This document shows, piece by piece, positions 61,023 through 64,000 of a stretch of DNA of 64,000 nt. Each line of letters begins with the position of its first letter. Position 1 is the stretch's first letter. The notes under the pieces were generated by a model. It searched no databases, was not told the DNA's origin, and saw only the letters and a program-made list of their open reading frames with translations. The stretch comes from Narcine bancroftii (Eukaryota), in contig NC_091480.1 of NCBI RefSeq assembly GCF_036971445.1, positions 61,940,001 through 62,004,000 of the forward strand, given 5' to 3'. The translations under genes and the position numbers were made by a program.

Positions 61023-64000
61023 TAATTTTTTTTATTTTTCACACTATAAACCATATAGACCAAGATACATAGACATTTTTCTTCTTAAATATATACTGTG
61101 TCGTTTTCTCCCCCTTTCCCCCCCTCCTTTCCCTACCTCCCTCACTCCCTTTCCCATTTATTTCAAGTTCAATCTATAAGATACATCAAACCCGTTAAAC
61201 AATGTTGTCACTTAATAAAAATAAACAAGAAATTCCACTGAGTCAGTTCTTTTCATTATCTTCTCCTTCTGTCATTTTAGGTGGTAGATGTCCACGGTAG
61301 GATTTCTCTATTGTGTTTCATATATGGCTCCCATATTTGTTCGAATATTGTAATAAAGTTATTTCTTAAATTATATGTTATTTTTTCTAATGGAATACCA
61401 TTGACCACCGCCAGTGGGCTGATATCGCCTCAAACCGTGCATCTTGGCACCTCACAGTTTGGCGGGCAGCAACCTCCTTTGAAGAAGACCACAGAGCCCA
61501 CCTCACTGACAAAAGGCAAAGGAGGAAAAACCCAACACCCAACCCCAACCAACCAATTTTCCCCTGCAGCCGCTGCAACCGTGTCTGCCTGTCCCGCATC
61601 GGACTTGTCAGCCACAAACGAGCCTGCAGCTGACGTGGACTTTTACCCCCTCCATAAATCTTCGTCCGCGAAGCCAAGCCAAAGAAGAGATGTTATTTTT
61701 TCTAATGGAATACATTTATTCATTTCTATGTACCATTGTTGTATTCTCAAGTTATCTTCTAATTTCCAGGCTGACATAATACATTTTTTTGCTCCAGCTA
61801 GGGCTATCATAACAAATCTTTTTTGTGCTCCATCCAAATCGAGTCCAAATTCTTTCTTTCTTATATTACTTAGGAGGAAGATTTCTGGGTTTTTTGGTAT
61901 ATTGCTTTTTGTGATTTTATTTAATATCTGGTTTAGATCTTCCCAAAATTTTTCCACTTTCTCACATGTCCAAATTGCATGAATTGTTGTTCCCGTTTCC
62001 TTTTTACAGCGAAAACATCTGTCTGATACTGTTGGGTCCCATTTATTTAACTTTTGAGGTGTAATATACAGCCTGTGTATCCAGTTATATTGTATCATAC
62101 GTAACCTCGTGTTTATTGTATTTCTCATAGTTCCGGAGCATAGCTTCTCCCATGTTTCATTCTTTATCTTTATGTTTAGATCTTGTTCCCATTTTTGTTT
62201 AGTTTTACCATTTGTTTCCTCGTTCTCCTTTTCTTGCAGTTTGATGTACATGTTTGTTACAAATTTTTTGATTATCATTGTGTCTGTAATCACATATTCA
62301 AAATTGCTTCCTTCTGGTAACCTCAGACTGTTTCCCAATTTGTCCTTCAAGTAGCTTTTCAGTTGGTAGTATGCAAACATTGTATCGTGAGTTATGTTAT
62401 ATTTATCCTTCATTTGTTCAAAGGATAATAATTTATTTCCCGAAAAGCAATTTTCTATTCTTTTCATCCCTTTTCTCTCCCATTCTCCAAAGGAAAGGTC
62501 ATCTATTGTAAAAGGGATTAGCTGATTTTGCGTCAGTATTAGTTTTGGTAGTTGGTAATTTGTTTTATTCCTTTCTACATGAATCTTCTTCCAAATATTG
62601 AGCAGATGATGTAATACTGGAGAATTCTTACGTTGTACCAATTTTTCATCCCATTTATATAATATATGTTTGGGTATCTTCTCCCCTATTTTATCTAGTT
62701 CTAATCTAGTCCAATCTGGCTTTTTCCTTGTTTGATAAAAATCTGATAGGTATCTTAATTGTGCGGCTCTATAATAATTTTTAAAGTTTGGCAGTTGTAA
62801 GCCTCCTTGTTTATACCATTATGTTAATTTATCTAGTGCTATCCTCGGTTTCCCCCCTTTCCATAGAAATTTCCTTATTATTTTCTTTAACTCCTTGAAG
62901 AATTTCTATGTCAAGTGTATTGGCAATGTCTGAAATAGGTATTGTATCCTTAGGAAAATGTTCATTTTAATACAGTTTATCCTTCCTATTAGTGTTACTG
63001 GTAAGTCTTTCCAATGCTCTAAGTCGTCCTGTAATTTTTTCATTAGGGGATAATAATTGAGTTTATATTGATGGCCGAGGTTTTTATTTATTTGTATACC
63101 TAGGTATCGCATTGCTTGTGTTTGCCATCTGAATGGTAATTCCTACTTAAATTTTGAGAAATCCGCATTATTCATTGGCATTGCTTCACTTTTATTTGCG
63201 TTGATCTTGTACCCCGACACTTCTCCATATTTCTTCAATTTCCCATGTAATTCTTTTATTGATATTTCTGGTTCTGTTAAGTTTATTATAACATCATCGG
63301 CAAATAAACTGATTTTATATTCCTTCTCTTTTATTTTTATCCCTTTTATTTTATTTTCTGTTCTTATCAGTTCTGCTAATGTTCTATAGCTAACGTGAAC
63401 AGTGAGGGAGATAGTGGACATCCCTGCCTTGTTGATCTGCTTAATTTAAATTGTTTTGATATATATCCATTTACTGTCACTTTCACCAATGGTCCCTTAT
63501 ATAATGCTTTAATCCAATTAATATATTTCTCTGGTAAGCTGAATTTTTGTAGTACTTTGAATAAATAATTCCATTCTACTCTGTCAAAGGCCTTCTCTGC
63601 GTCTAAAGCAACCGCGACTTTTGGAGTTTTATTTCCTTCTACTGCATGAATTAAGTTAATAAATTTACAGATATTGTCTGTTGTTCGTCTTTTTTTAATA
63701 AATCCAGTTTGGTCTAGATTTACTATTTTTGGTACATAGTCGGCTAATCTGTTTGCTAATAGTTTAGCTATTATCTTATAATCTGTGTTTAGTGAAGATA
63801 TTGGTCTATATGACGCTGGTGCGAGTGATTCTTTTCCTGTCTTTGGTATTACTGTAATTATTGCTGTTTTGCATGAATCTGGTAAGCTTTGTGTTTTATC
63901 TATCTGGTTGATTACTTCCAGGAGGGGAGGAATTAATAAATCTTTAAATGTTTTATAGAATTCTATTGGGAATCTATCCTCTCCTGGTGTTTTATTGTTC
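61023..64000 (-). mobile_element. L1 3' part (ORF2 RT and C-terminus), continues off the window
   Basis: Poly(T), family 3' UTR, SLFADD, CFRC..HAIWTC. Confidence 0.92.
61399..61689 (+). mobile_element. 5'-truncated RTE (same family as 19398-22706)
   Basis: Matches RTE 3' end, AAG-type tail, 24-bp TSD (61375-61398 / 61690-61713). Confidence 0.9.

Overview
Vertebrate genomic DNA, probably a cartilaginous fish (inferred from HE1/V-type SINE, CR1, Penelope-type and L1 repeats), dominated by transposons. Left to right: (1) a G-rich minisatellite and CpG-island promoter (0.2-2.2 kb); (2) a tandem class I endogenous retrovirus pair, LTR-int-LTR-int-LTR with a tRNA-Pro PBS and UAG gag-pol junction (2.2-27.8 kb), carrying at least eight nested insertions; (3) a complete but decayed Gypsy element and a BEL/Pao fragment (28-34.9 kb); (4) a candidate unrecognised spliced + strand gene (35-37.5 kb); (5) coding exons 2-8 of MOB4/phocein on the - strand (38.4-51.1 kb); (6) L1/CR1/RTE-filled intron to the window end. 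The most notable system is an apparently recently active non-autonomous ORF1-only L1 family (HAL1-like). It has two independent ~2.4-kb insertions with intact 403-aa ORF1 and the same ORF2 deletion, whose junction sits inside a perfect 13-bp inverted repeat. Several atypical retrotransposition products are also present, including an inverted RTE and TSD-flanked L1s lacking a 3' end. All comparisons were made by eye; no database searches were run.
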